From a virus (taxonomy: Duplodnaviria > Caudoviricetes): a DNA stretch of 26,197 bases. The notes under the pieces were generated by a model that did not search any database, was not told where the DNA came from, and saw only the letters and a program-made list of their open reading frames with translations. The translations under genes were made by a program, and so were the position numbers. The stretch is from IMG/VR virus record IMGVR_UViG_3300020044_003310, positions 1-26,197 of that record, one strand, 5' to 3'. Positions 1-7,527 of the stretch are shown piece by piece (the stretch's first letter is position 1; each line of letters begins with the position of its first letter).

Positions 1-122
1 TCTGTAGGAATGCTGCAATCATTATTGTTTACGGCAAATATGATGCCATATTCCCTAAAATGCAATTCGTAATGGTCACATCCGCCACCAGTATAAACTT
101 CCTCAATGTCTATTTTTCTCAT
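1..122 (-). CDS. Hypothetical early protein, N-terminal part only (runs off the window edge); MRKIDIEEVYTGGGCDHYELHFREYGIIFAVNNNDCSIPT...
   Basis: Manually translated; ATG at 122-120 preceded by TAAAGGAAAACACAAA (strong SD); open to base 1. Confidence 0.7.
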   Translation of the reverse strand, partial: MRKIDIEEVYTGGGCDHYELHFREYGIIFAVNNNDCSIPT

Positions 123-135
123 TTTGTGTTTTCCT

Positions 136-219
136 TTAGTTTAAGATTAGTTGAACTATTGCTAAGATTAATGGCGATACTACTAATAGAGTAATTATTA
201 AAATGTCGGATTGTTTCAT
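136..219 (-). CDS. 27-aa hydrophobic microprotein MKQSDILIITLLVVSPLILAIVQLILN
   Basis: Manually translated; same TAAAGGAAAACACAAAATG leader as the 1-122 ORF; its stop codon overlaps the next gene's leader; single TM-like stretch. Confidence 0.65.
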   Translation of the reverse strand: MKQSDILIITLLVVSPLILAIVQLILN

Positions 220-573
220 TTTGTGTTTTCCTTTATTGGGGGCTTTTGTACTTACGCCTCCGAGGATGACCAAAATTCGGGTAATTATATTGATTGCGTT
301 GGGCCATTCGACGATTTCAAAAAAGCCAATTTAATCGAATTTTGTAAAGGGTTTATCGCCGCCAAGCAAATTAAAAAGATTGAGGGTTATTTTGAGTTAA
401 GCCAAGTCAATTTTTGCGAATTGGCGTCCGATATTGCCAATACTTGTGAACCCCATGTTTTATACGATGCTTTGTATTTTTATTTGCATACTATGTCAAA
501 AGATACTCTTGAGGTATGGCTCAAAGAATTAGACGCAAATCAATCTTTTAAATTAACTGACTATTTAGAGTAA
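211..573 (+). CDS. Hypothetical protein with no credible start (possibly a C-terminal gene fragment)
   Basis: Open frame with protein-like composition from ~238. The TTG start overlaps the opposite-strand gene, there is no SD, and the first in-frame ATG is at codon 95. Confidence 0.45.
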   Translation: MFHFVFSFIGGFCTYASEDDQNSGNYIDCVGPFDDFKKANLIEFCKGFIAAKQIKKIEGYFELSQVNFCELASDIANTCEPHVLYDALYFYLHTMSKDTLEVWLKELDANQSFKLTDYLE

Positions 574-577
574 TAAG

Positions 578-610
578 CCTATAAGCACTTACCTGGTAGG
601 TGCTTATGGG
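578..610 (+). promoter_or_regulatory. Intergenic hairpin (16-bp arms)
   Basis: CCTATAAGCACTTACC-T-GGTAGGTGCTTATGGG; the two mismatches are both T-G pairs (G.U wobble in + strand RNA). Confidence 0.6.
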
Positions 611-656
611 ATTGTTATTTTGGCAATCAATAAACTAAAGTAAAGGAAAATAAAAT

Positions 657-1304
657 ATGAGTGTAAAGCTTAGTAAAACAAGTAAGCTCGATGGCATTTT
701 ATCTTGGTCATTGCAAGCGAGGGATACTTGCCAAGGATCGATTGAAAATGGCGAACTGGTCGATGCGTGTAAAGGATGCTATGCCGTCAATGGCAATTAT
801 CGATTTCCCAATGTGAAAGCGCCGAGGGAATTTAATCGCTTAGATTGGCATCGCTTAGACTGGGCGGATGATATGGTAAACGCTTTAGAGTCTAGCCGTT
901 ATTTTCGATGGTTCGATAGCGGCGATATGTTTGCTTTGGGGTTAGCCGAGAAAATTCTCGAAGTAATGAAGCGTACCCCTTGGGTAAAACATTGGCTTCC
1001 AACTAGAATGCATAAATTTCCAAAATATAGAATTGTACTAGAATCAATGAAATTGTTAAAAAATGTTAGCGTACGATTTTCGAGCGATAGCGTAATGGGC
1101 GAATATATTAAGGGATTGCATGGGTCAGTGATCATTGCCTCGGCGGATGATGTTGCCAAGGGAATGACGCTATGCCAAGCCTATGCCAATGATGGAAAAT
1201 GCAATGGCTGTCGAGCTTGCTATGATAAGTCTATTCCATTAATCGCTTACCCAGCACACGGTAAAACAATGCATAAAATTATTATGCTTAAAAAAGCGGC
1301 TTAA
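657..1304 (+). CDS. Gp88-like Cys-rich protein (putative Fe-S / radical-SAM-like)
   Basis: SWSL...TC...CKGCYA, RWFDSGD, HWLPTR and C-terminal C...CNGCRAC motifs typical of the phage Gp88 family; SD AAGGA upstream. Confidence 0.75.
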   Translation: MSVKLSKTSKLDGILSWSLQARDTCQGSIENGELVDACKGCYAVNGNYRFPNVKAPREFNRLDWHRLDWADDMVNALESSRYFRWFDSGDMFALGLAEKILEVMKRTPWVKHWLPTRMHKFPKYRIVLESMKLLKNVSVRFSSDSVMGEYIKGLHGSVIIASADDVAKGMTLCQAYANDGKCNGCRACYDKSIPLIAYPAHGKTMHKIIMLKKAA

Positions 1305-1305
1305 T

Positions 1306-1377
1306 ATGATGCTTAATTTTGTGTTACCAGTTTTATATGGCGTAATCATAGGGCTTTTTTTAAGCCAATACATTTAA
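1306..1377 (+). CDS. 23-aa hydrophobic microprotein MMLNFVLPVLYGVIIGLFLSQYI
   Basis: Starts 1 nt after the upstream stop and fills the gap to the next SD; TM-like. Confidence 0.5.
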   Translation: MMLNFVLPVLYGVIIGLFLSQYI

Positions 1378-1385
1378 AGGAAAAC

Positions 1386-1484
1386 ATGAAAACATTTATT
1401 GATTATTTACTGGGCGGCTTATTTATGGTCACAATGGCGCTGATTTTAGCGTCAATTTATATGTATAGAACTGGGGGTTTTTAA
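1386..1484 (+). CDS. 32-aa membrane microprotein MKTFIDYLLGGLFMVTMALILASIYMYRTGGF
   Basis: SD AAGGA; TAATG overlap with the next ORF. Confidence 0.65.
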   Translation: MKTFIDYLLGGLFMVTMALILASIYMYRTGGF

Positions 1485-1597
1485 TGTACATTGTCCGCTA
1501 CAAAATTCAAGGGGAAGACTATAGCATTCGTTTTATGGATAAAACATCCGCCCAACTATTCGCCAAGCGATACAACGGAAAACTAGAGGAAAACTAA
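1484..1597 (+). CDS. 37-aa hypothetical protein MYIVRYKIQGEDYSIRFMDKTSAQLFAKRYNGKLEEN
   Basis: TAATG translational coupling; ends 3 nt before the next ATG. Confidence 0.6.
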   Translation: MYIVRYKIQGEDYSIRFMDKTSAQLFAKRYNGKLEEN

Positions 1598-1600
1598 AAA

Positions 1601-1816
1601 ATGAAATCATACAATGCAAAATGCGGTAAAACACAATATAAGCCAAGCGAAAATGAGTTATTAAACGCTATCGATAATATGGGCGGTTTTTGCTTGGCGT
1701 GCGGCGTCGAGGCGGATAGGGTTGAGCCAGACGCTAGGCGATACACTTGCCAATGCTGCAATGAGGCAAAAGTCTATGGGGGCGAGGAATTACTTTTAAT
1801 GGGGTTATATCATTAA
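1601..1816 (+). CDS. Small zinc-finger protein
   Basis: GFCLACG...VEPDA...CQCC (two CxxC pairs); SD GAGGA. Confidence 0.75.
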   Translation: MKSYNAKCGKTQYKPSENELLNAIDNMGGFCLACGVEADRVEPDARRYTCQCCNEAKVYGGEELLLMGLYH

Positions 1817-1878
1817 TGCTAATCGCCATCATTGCTAGTGCCATAGTTCTCTTATTGGTCGCCGTATTCGATCTGTAA
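1816..1878 (+). CDS. 20-aa hydrophobic microprotein MLIAIIASAIVLLLVAVFDL
   Basis: TAATG coupling to the zinc-finger gene; ends just before the terminator. Confidence 0.5.
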   Translation: MLIAIIASAIVLLLVAVFDL

Positions 1879-1894
1879 GCCCTCAATTCTCACT

Positions 1895-1924
1895 AAAAAG
1901 CCCCTTGATTGGGGCTTTATTTTT
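1895..1924. terminator. Bidirectional intrinsic terminator
   Basis: AAAAAGCCCC-TTGATT-GGGGCTTTATTTTT between convergent operons. Confidence 0.8.
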
Positions 1925-2026
1925 GGGATTTTTTTCGCTTTTTTTGGGTTTTTTGGCTGCGCCAGGCGCGCCCAAACACCTAACCATGTGCGGCCACAAC
2001 CCTAATGCGAACTTGAATTGTCTGCG

Positions 2027-2093
2027 GGACGCTATTTTCGATTAGGTATGAGGACGCTATTTTCGATTAGGTCTAGGGACGCTATTTTCGATT
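2027..2093. repeat. Three perfect 17-bp direct repeats GGACGCTATTTTCGATT at 25-bp period (iteron-like)
   Basis: Copies at 2027-2043, 2052-2068 and 2077-2093, abutting the primase stop codon. Confidence 0.9.
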
Positions 2094-4405
2094 CATTTTG
2101 TATTGACTATTTGCGTCGTAGGCGCATCCTCTAATGCGCGCCTTAGCTCAGACTTACTCAAAATAGACGCTATTTCAGGATCAGCAAAGATGTGCTTCTT
2201 TGTGTCAAACTCGCGTGACTTGATACGCCCACAGTCTACCCACCCCGCCTCTTTGAGAGCGTGTAACAAAGCGGCCTGTGGTATTTTTACATTACTAGGC
2301 GCAAGCCCAGTCAAACGATCACAAAGCGCATGAAACGGTGAACCGATCACGCCCTTGGCAAACTCACCTTTACGGCTCTTGAGCATCTCGACTAAGAACG
2401 ACTCAGCCATGCTCATGCCATGTTCAACCAGGTTAGCCTTAAACTCGGTCATCGCTGGCGCGGCTGATGGATTGAACTGGCTTACATCACGGGCGTGTAG
2501 CCACGCTGAAATCGACTCGAACCCACCGTTGCGATACCAATCCCACATCTGTTTAGCCTCTTTTGCGTCCATGCGTGGCAACGAACTCCATACGCAAAAC
2601 CAACGCCTATCTTGGGACGCTAAAGAGATTGGGACAGGGTCATTTGAGAACGCAAGAACGAACACACGGTTAGCCATTTGATATGGGTGCAAACCCTTGC
2701 GATTAATTGGTAGCATCTCAGGCGGCGCTGCTATGATAGGCTTGAGTTGGTTTGCCAACTGCCTACGGGCGGCAGCGTCTGGTTCTTTCAATTCGTTGAT
2801 CAATAAAATCTCAGACTCAAGCTGATAACCCCATTGACTGTTAATCGAGTTGTTATCCATGATGCCACGATTCTTTAGGTGGCTGCCACAGACTGCCCAA
2901 ATGAACGGCGCCCACATCGTATCTTTACCGCAACCCTCATCGCCGCCATGCAGCACGGCATGATTAATCTTAACTTGCGGGTGCTGCACCTTGCAGGCCA
3001 TGATGTCAAACAAGTGTTCTAACTCGGTTGAGTCAGGTATGAGGTTACGGCAATGATTTAGCCAGGATGCTATTTTCGATTCGGATGCAACGACACCTGA
3101 TACATCAGGTCTAGCGTCACGCCATCTGTTACCATACAAATCGCCGTCACGAGCGACCAGCACAGTCTCACCCGCAGCGTAGGTAATGCCAACTAATGCC
3201 TTGGCACCTGCGCCTTGCCTATTCTGATCAAAACTAATAGACGCCTCGACTCTCACGGTAGGGGCATGAAGTGACATACATTTGATGTGACGAAACAGAG
3301 CGTTAAAAGTCTGTCTAGACACTTCGCGTCTGTCTTGCATATCAAAATAAGACTCATCATCTTGAACGTAGGCAAAACGCTCATACCACTTGGACTTCTC
3401 GACACGGCCTAACTCTTTACGCTCGACTTCGGCAATTTTAGCATCGGCATCATCGGTAAACATATCGGACGGGGTGATCTTGGCAAGCGCTACGGTCATC
3501 GCCTCAGCAATCAATTGATCACGTAGGCCATGAGTAACTTTAGGGCCACCGTTAGCGGCGACCCAATCGAGGAATGTTTGACTGCCGAAATCGACACAAT
3601 GCGAGTGTAAACAGCAATAACTACGATCTAAGGGTTTGTACCGACCTTCAGGGTTGCCATCGGTATGCTCGGCGTTGTTAGGGCAAGTAACTGATAACCA
3701 CCCTTCGCCGTTGATCTTCGACAATACCATGCCTTGATCATTAAGCCATGATAGCACATTATCGCCACCATTGTCGGCGAGTCTGATTGGTGCGTAGTGG
3801 TTCGTGTCAGCAGGCGCAGGTGTTACACCTAGCGCCGTACAGATATCGCCTAGCGTGTAATCACGCTCAGGGTGAAACTCGACTAACTTGGCTTCAAAGT
3901 TATCACGACCAGGCTTCAGGTTAATTGAACCTGGCAGACGCACATTACGAACTGCATTAGTTGCGCCAGCATCGGTGTAACCTGCCGCAGCAATGGCTTT
4001 GACTGCTGCCGTGAACTCACCCTTCGTGGGTTGCTCAGAAAAAGCATATCCATACTGAAAATTATCAGGGCTAGTCTCAAGAATCCATGTCGGTGCAAGG
4101 GGCGGTATTTTTGATTTCGTACCAATGTCATCTAACATCATAAACAAAACAAACTCACAGTTGGCTGCGGACGCTGATACGCGCCCATCCTCAAAGCGGT
4201 CTATGATAAACGACGCCGTATTGATGTACCACGCCTCACCCTGTTTCATTTTGTGGCTAGGCAAGTACGCAGGCCATGTGCATTTAATAGCGCCGTCAGC
4301 GTGCAACTGTAATTCGCCATCTTTTAATTGTGGCTTTTGGCGCACAATCAAGGCAGTCTCGCCATCGGGGGCTAATTGTGTGATAAACTCTAAAAAGTTG
4401 TACAT
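2093..4405 (-). CDS. Primase-helicase (RepB-like/AEP primase N-terminus, Zn-binding region, NrS-1/DUF5906-type helicase)
   Basis: LDDIG, LETSPDNFQ and RLPGSIN primase motifs; CPNNAEH...CLHSHC; Walker A GDEGCGKD; Walker B-like ILLINE; FSN and DRRW. Confidence 0.85.
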   Translation of the reverse strand: MYNFLEFITQLAPDGETALIVRQKPQLKDGELQLHADGAIKCTWPAYLPSHKMKQGEAWYINTASFIIDRFEDGRVSASAANCEFVLFMMLDDIGTKSKIPPLAPTWILETSPDNFQYGYAFSEQPTKGEFTAAVKAIAAAGYTDAGATNAVRNVRLPGSINLKPGRDNFEAKLVEFHPERDYTLGDICTALGVTPAPADTNHYAPIRLADNGGDNVLSWLNDQGMVLSKINGEGWLSVTCPNNAEHTDGNPEGRYKPLDRSYCCLHSHCVDFGSQTFLDWVAANGGPKVTHGLRDQLIAEAMTVALAKITPSDMFTDDADAKIAEVERKELGRVEKSKWYERFAYVQDDESYFDMQDRREVSRQTFNALFRHIKCMSLHAPTVRVEASISFDQNRQGAGAKALVGITYAAGETVLVARDGDLYGNRWRDARPDVSGVVASESKIASWLNHCRNLIPDSTELEHLFDIMACKVQHPQVKINHAVLHGGDEGCGKDTMWAPFIWAVCGSHLKNRGIMDNNSINSQWGYQLESEILLINELKEPDAAARRQLANQLKPIIAAPPEMLPINRKGLHPYQMANRVFVLAFSNDPVPISLASQDRRWFCVWSSLPRMDAKEAKQMWDWYRNGGFESISAWLHARDVSQFNPSAAPAMTEFKANLVEHGMSMAESFLVEMLKSRKGEFAKGVIGSPFHALCDRLTGLAPSNVKIPQAALLHALKEAGWVDCGRIKSREFDTKKHIFADPEIASILSKSELRRALEDAPTTQIVNTK

Positions 4406-4430
4406 TGTGTTTCCTTCCGTGAATGAATTG

Positions 4431-4459
4431 CCCCTAGCCCAAAACTAGGGGTTTTTTTT
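4431..4459 (+). terminator. Terminator-like hairpin whose T-tail is on the + strand (antisense to the flanking genes)
   Basis: CCCCTAG-CCCAAAA-CTAGGGG-TTTTTTTT. Confidence 0.6.
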
Positions 4460-6428
4460 ACTTTCCATATCTTGTCATAATGCTTGCCTCTACGTCTAGT
4501 GGTAATCCCTCAGCCCATATGGGTGGGGTACACATAACGTCTTTCATTTTTTGTACTGCTATTTCTGGTGTTGCTGATTCGACCACAATTTCATCGTGGA
4601 CGTGAAGTACCACATCATCCAAGCCTCGCAAAGCGTGTCGCAGTAAGTCATTGGCGACGGCTTGCGTGATGTTTTCACAGGCCAAACCTTTCCACAGTCT
4701 TGCTCTAGGCCACTCTTTAGCGTCTGCTGCTGGCTTCCACGATGCTTTGGCATAACTGACTCCGTCTTGATCTAACCGTGCGAAGGGATAGCATAACACA
4801 CGCCCACTAGGAAGTGCATACCACAAGTGTTGCCCATCAAATAAATAGGTTACACGGCCTGCGCTAAACTCATGCCCTTTATTACGCATCGCCCTTGTGT
4901 AAGCATTTTCAAGATCTTGCCAGTAAGGTACTGACCACGGGTTCGCTAGACGCCACGCATTGACCATGCGCTTGGCTTCAGGTTCAGGTAACAAAATACC
5001 ATACGCCCTACCCATTGCAGCGAACGCTCCCACGCCCCCTGCAAACCCGCACGCTAACTCTTGCACCTTACCAATCTGTCTCTGCTCGGATGTAATTTGA
5101 TCAACAGGTACATGGAACGTCGCGCTAGCGTTTACTTTATAAACATCCTCACCAGTACGGAATAAGTCTAACTTACGAACACCTGCTGGACAGTTAGATA
5201 GCCACGGATTGACGCGTGCTTCAACGGCTGCCCAATCGGCAACAACTAATGATTTTCCCCTATCGGATATGAGGGCAGGTCGGAGCATTGACTTGAGTAC
5301 ATCTGTGATCCGCCGTCCAAAGGTAGGGACAATTGCGTGGCCTCTAACCATAGCACATCTAACGGCATCAGGCTCCTTGGCACACTTTCGGGTAAAGTTG
5401 TGGACTTGCGCTCCGTAACTACTTGCCCTACCTGTGGCTGCGCCACCAGCAAAGACAAATGCTCCACGAACTCGGTTATCTTCTTCATCTGCTAACTCCT
5501 TTAGTCGTTTGAATTTCGCAACAGACGATGCCCATAGGTCGTCCGCACATTGGATAACATCCGCAACTTGCGGTGGTACTTCATCGGGATTTTCTTCAGA
5601 ATAAGCAAGTAGATTAGCTCGAACTGTTTTATCGATTGAATATTTTTTGTCACCATCTTTATAGTTTTCCATTAACTTCTTGGCCTGATGGCCAACTCTA
5701 GCGAGAACCCACTCACGCATCCGTGGACTCCGCACGCTTAATATTTCACCATCTGTTAATTCTGCAACAAGATTCTCAATTTCAATCAGCTCCGCACTTG
5801 CGTACTTGATTGCTGACTCGGCTAAGGGTTTATCCAACAATACGCCACGATCATTAATCTTCTCATTCACATGATAGTCTAACAGCTCATCATCTGACAG
5901 TTGACGCATAGCTTGACTAATCGCACGCATTGCTCGAACATCCTGCTCGCAGTAAGCAACCATCTCAGCCATGAGCGTCACATCGTTGTTAAATGTACCG
6001 TCGGCTTTGGGGATAGATAGTAGGCGAATCAGTTGATTGCCACGGTGATCCTTACGCATATTAACACTTGCGAATCTGCCCACGTCATCAAGCGAGCCTG
6101 GCGCACAGTTGGCACGCGCCTGAGTAGCTGTACAATAGAACTGTTCCGTCGTCGGTTCTGGGATTCCTTTGTCTGGGCAGAGGACGTACCACATGATCAA
6201 GCGCTCGAACGCGGCGTTATGCGCTCGAATTTGACCGCCATCTTTAATGTGCTGAATCACTCTGTCAGGGAACTCTTGATTAGGCAGCCACGACTGCACT
6301 TCCTCATCATCAAACGCATAAGAGAGGCAAAGCACCGACGTGCTGGCATCCCTTGCGTAGTTATACACGCCACGGCTGGGCAAATCACAGCGTGAACGTG
6401 TCTCAAAATCAAGCCAAAGAATACTCAC
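4458..6428 (-). CDS. Family A DNA polymerase (APSE-like phage PolA) with 3'-5' exonuclease domain
   Basis: Exo DFET / HNAAFE / YCEQD; motif A ADWAAVEAR; motif B RQIGKVQELACGF; motif C HVHDEIV. Confidence 0.93.
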   Translation of the reverse strand: MSILWLDFETRSRCDLPSRGVYNYARDASTSVLCLSYAFDDEEVQSWLPNQEFPDRVIQHIKDGGQIRAHNAAFERLIMWYVLCPDKGIPEPTTEQFYCTATQARANCAPGSLDDVGRFASVNMRKDHRGNQLIRLLSIPKADGTFNNDVTLMAEMVAYCEQDVRAMRAISQAMRQLSDDELLDYHVNEKINDRGVLLDKPLAESAIKYASAELIEIENLVAELTDGEILSVRSPRMREWVLARVGHQAKKLMENYKDGDKKYSIDKTVRANLLAYSEENPDEVPPQVADVIQCADDLWASSVAKFKRLKELADEEDNRVRGAFVFAGGAATGRASSYGAQVHNFTRKCAKEPDAVRCAMVRGHAIVPTFGRRITDVLKSMLRPALISDRGKSLVVADWAAVEARVNPWLSNCPAGVRKLDLFRTGEDVYKVNASATFHVPVDQITSEQRQIGKVQELACGFAGGVGAFAAMGRAYGILLPEPEAKRMVNAWRLANPWSVPYWQDLENAYTRAMRNKGHEFSAGRVTYLFDGQHLWYALPSGRVLCYPFARLDQDGVSYAKASWKPAADAKEWPRARLWKGLACENITQAVANDLLRHALRGLDDVVLHVHDEIVVESATPEIAVQKMKDVMCTPPIWAEGLPLDVEASIMTRYGK

Positions 6429-6721
6429 TTAAAGTCTCTTTTTTGTTTGGCGTCCCATACTTTTCTATGTATGCTTGACTCAGGTAATTTATCAAATCTA
6501 TCAGGTTCAATTAACGTCAATTGATGTTCTTTATACCAAGAATTTTCGCCTTCATTTAGAATATGCAAAACATATTGGGTACCGTCAGAACTACCACCGC
6601 TATACAACTCAGCATACGTGGCAATCACTACGGCTTCACATCCTTTAGGAAAGTGAGACATGGAACGACCTAAATCGTCAGCTATTTTTACTAAATCCCC
6701 TTTAAAAAATTTTTGTGTCAT
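6425..6721 (-). CDS. Hypothetical protein (FFKGDLVKI, SH3/KOW-like start)
   Basis: 98-aa ORF with SD CAGGA; ATGA-type 4-nt overlap with the polymerase start. Confidence 0.7.
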   Translation of the reverse strand: MTQKFFKGDLVKIADDLGRSMSHFPKGCEAVVIATYAELYSGGSSDGTQYVLHILNEGENSWYKEHQLTLIEPDRFDKLPESSIHRKVWDAKQKRDFK

Positions 6722-6755
6722 TTCGTTTATCCTGTACTTTAGTTTAGTTTATAGG

Positions 6756-6824
6756 TGGGGCTAGTCGGTTTTCTTAGTTCTTCGACTTGTGTGTACTAGA
6801 CTGAATAATCACAGACTAGCCCCA
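6756..6824. other. Intergenic inverted repeat, possible structured RNA
   Basis: TGGGGCTAGTC (6756-6766) pairs perfectly with GACTAGCCCCA (6814-6824) around a 47-nt interior. Confidence 0.55.
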
Positions 6825-6829
6825 TTTCT

Positions 6830-7516
6830 TTAGCTGCGACGTCTACGTGCTGTCGCTACAGGCGCTGCTGATTCTACTTCAGGTGCAGGCCATAATACTT
6901 CGGGCGCATCGTCAGTAATACTATCTTTTGGTGCTTTGCTTGGCTCATCGGTCATACTCATCCAACTTGTAATTTTAAAAATTGGTGTGTAAATGCGACC
7001 ATAAGACTTGTGACTGTAATGCTCTTTCTCAAGATTAACAATCGGCACAGGCAACTTTGGATCGGTGTCTACTTGCGTAGCGATGGCAACCGCAAGGGCT
7101 TGTACGGAACGCTTACCACCAACGCTAGTTGTGGTGTAACGTACTTCCATGCCCTTATCTTCGCCACTTAAACACTTCATAGACATACCCACCTGAGTCT
7201 CCCAACCCTTACGAGCCATTGGGGGCGCTGCTTCTAACTCAGGCAATGGCTGGCTTACGCTGACCATTTTTTCACCTAAAACCTCACCGTCACCCCAAGC
7301 TATGAAACCATGCACGAATGAGAACGGATTAACTGCCCATGTCGAGTCATCTTCGACTTCGGTCTGATCTGCACCGAATACCCAATGACCTGTCTTGTCC
7401 ATCTTGAGGATGACAACACCTGCTGCGCCAACATCGGTTTCTAAAGCACGGAGTGCTGTCGATAATGAAGTTACAGAGGGTAAATTTGCTGCTGAAAACG
7501 TGGTTATGTTTGACAT
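6830..7516 (-). CDS. Putative ssDNA-binding/annealing protein
   Basis: Position between the Cas4-like nuclease and the polymerase; aromatic beta-rich core (YSHKSYGRIYTPIF); low-complexity C-tail. Function inferred from context. Confidence 0.55.
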   Translation of the reverse strand: MSNITTFSAANLPSVTSLSTALRALETDVGAAGVVILKMDKTGHWVFGADQTEVEDDSTWAVNPFSFVHGFIAWGDGEVLGEKMVSVSQPLPELEAAPPMARKGWETQVGMSMKCLSGEDKGMEVRYTTTSVGGKRSVQALAVAIATQVDTDPKLPVPIVNLEKEHYSHKSYGRIYTPIFKITSWMSMTDEPSKAPKDSITDDAPEVLWPAPEVESAAPVATARRRRS

Positions 7517-7527
7517 TAGTTTAGTTC

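Noticed and set aside
2027-2093. CRISPR mini-array (tempting given the Cas4-like gene)
   Set aside because: Repeats are 17 bp with 8-bp similar spacers, far too short; no cas1/cas2; DUF2800 is a routine phage replication-module nuclease.
2103-6395. Alternative-frame and antisense ORFs inside the primase and polymerase (e.g. 2355-2681, 3916-4131, 4125-4448, 5246-5488, 6033-6395)
   Set aside because: Short, motif-less and without initiation signals, unlike the MTase nested ORF.
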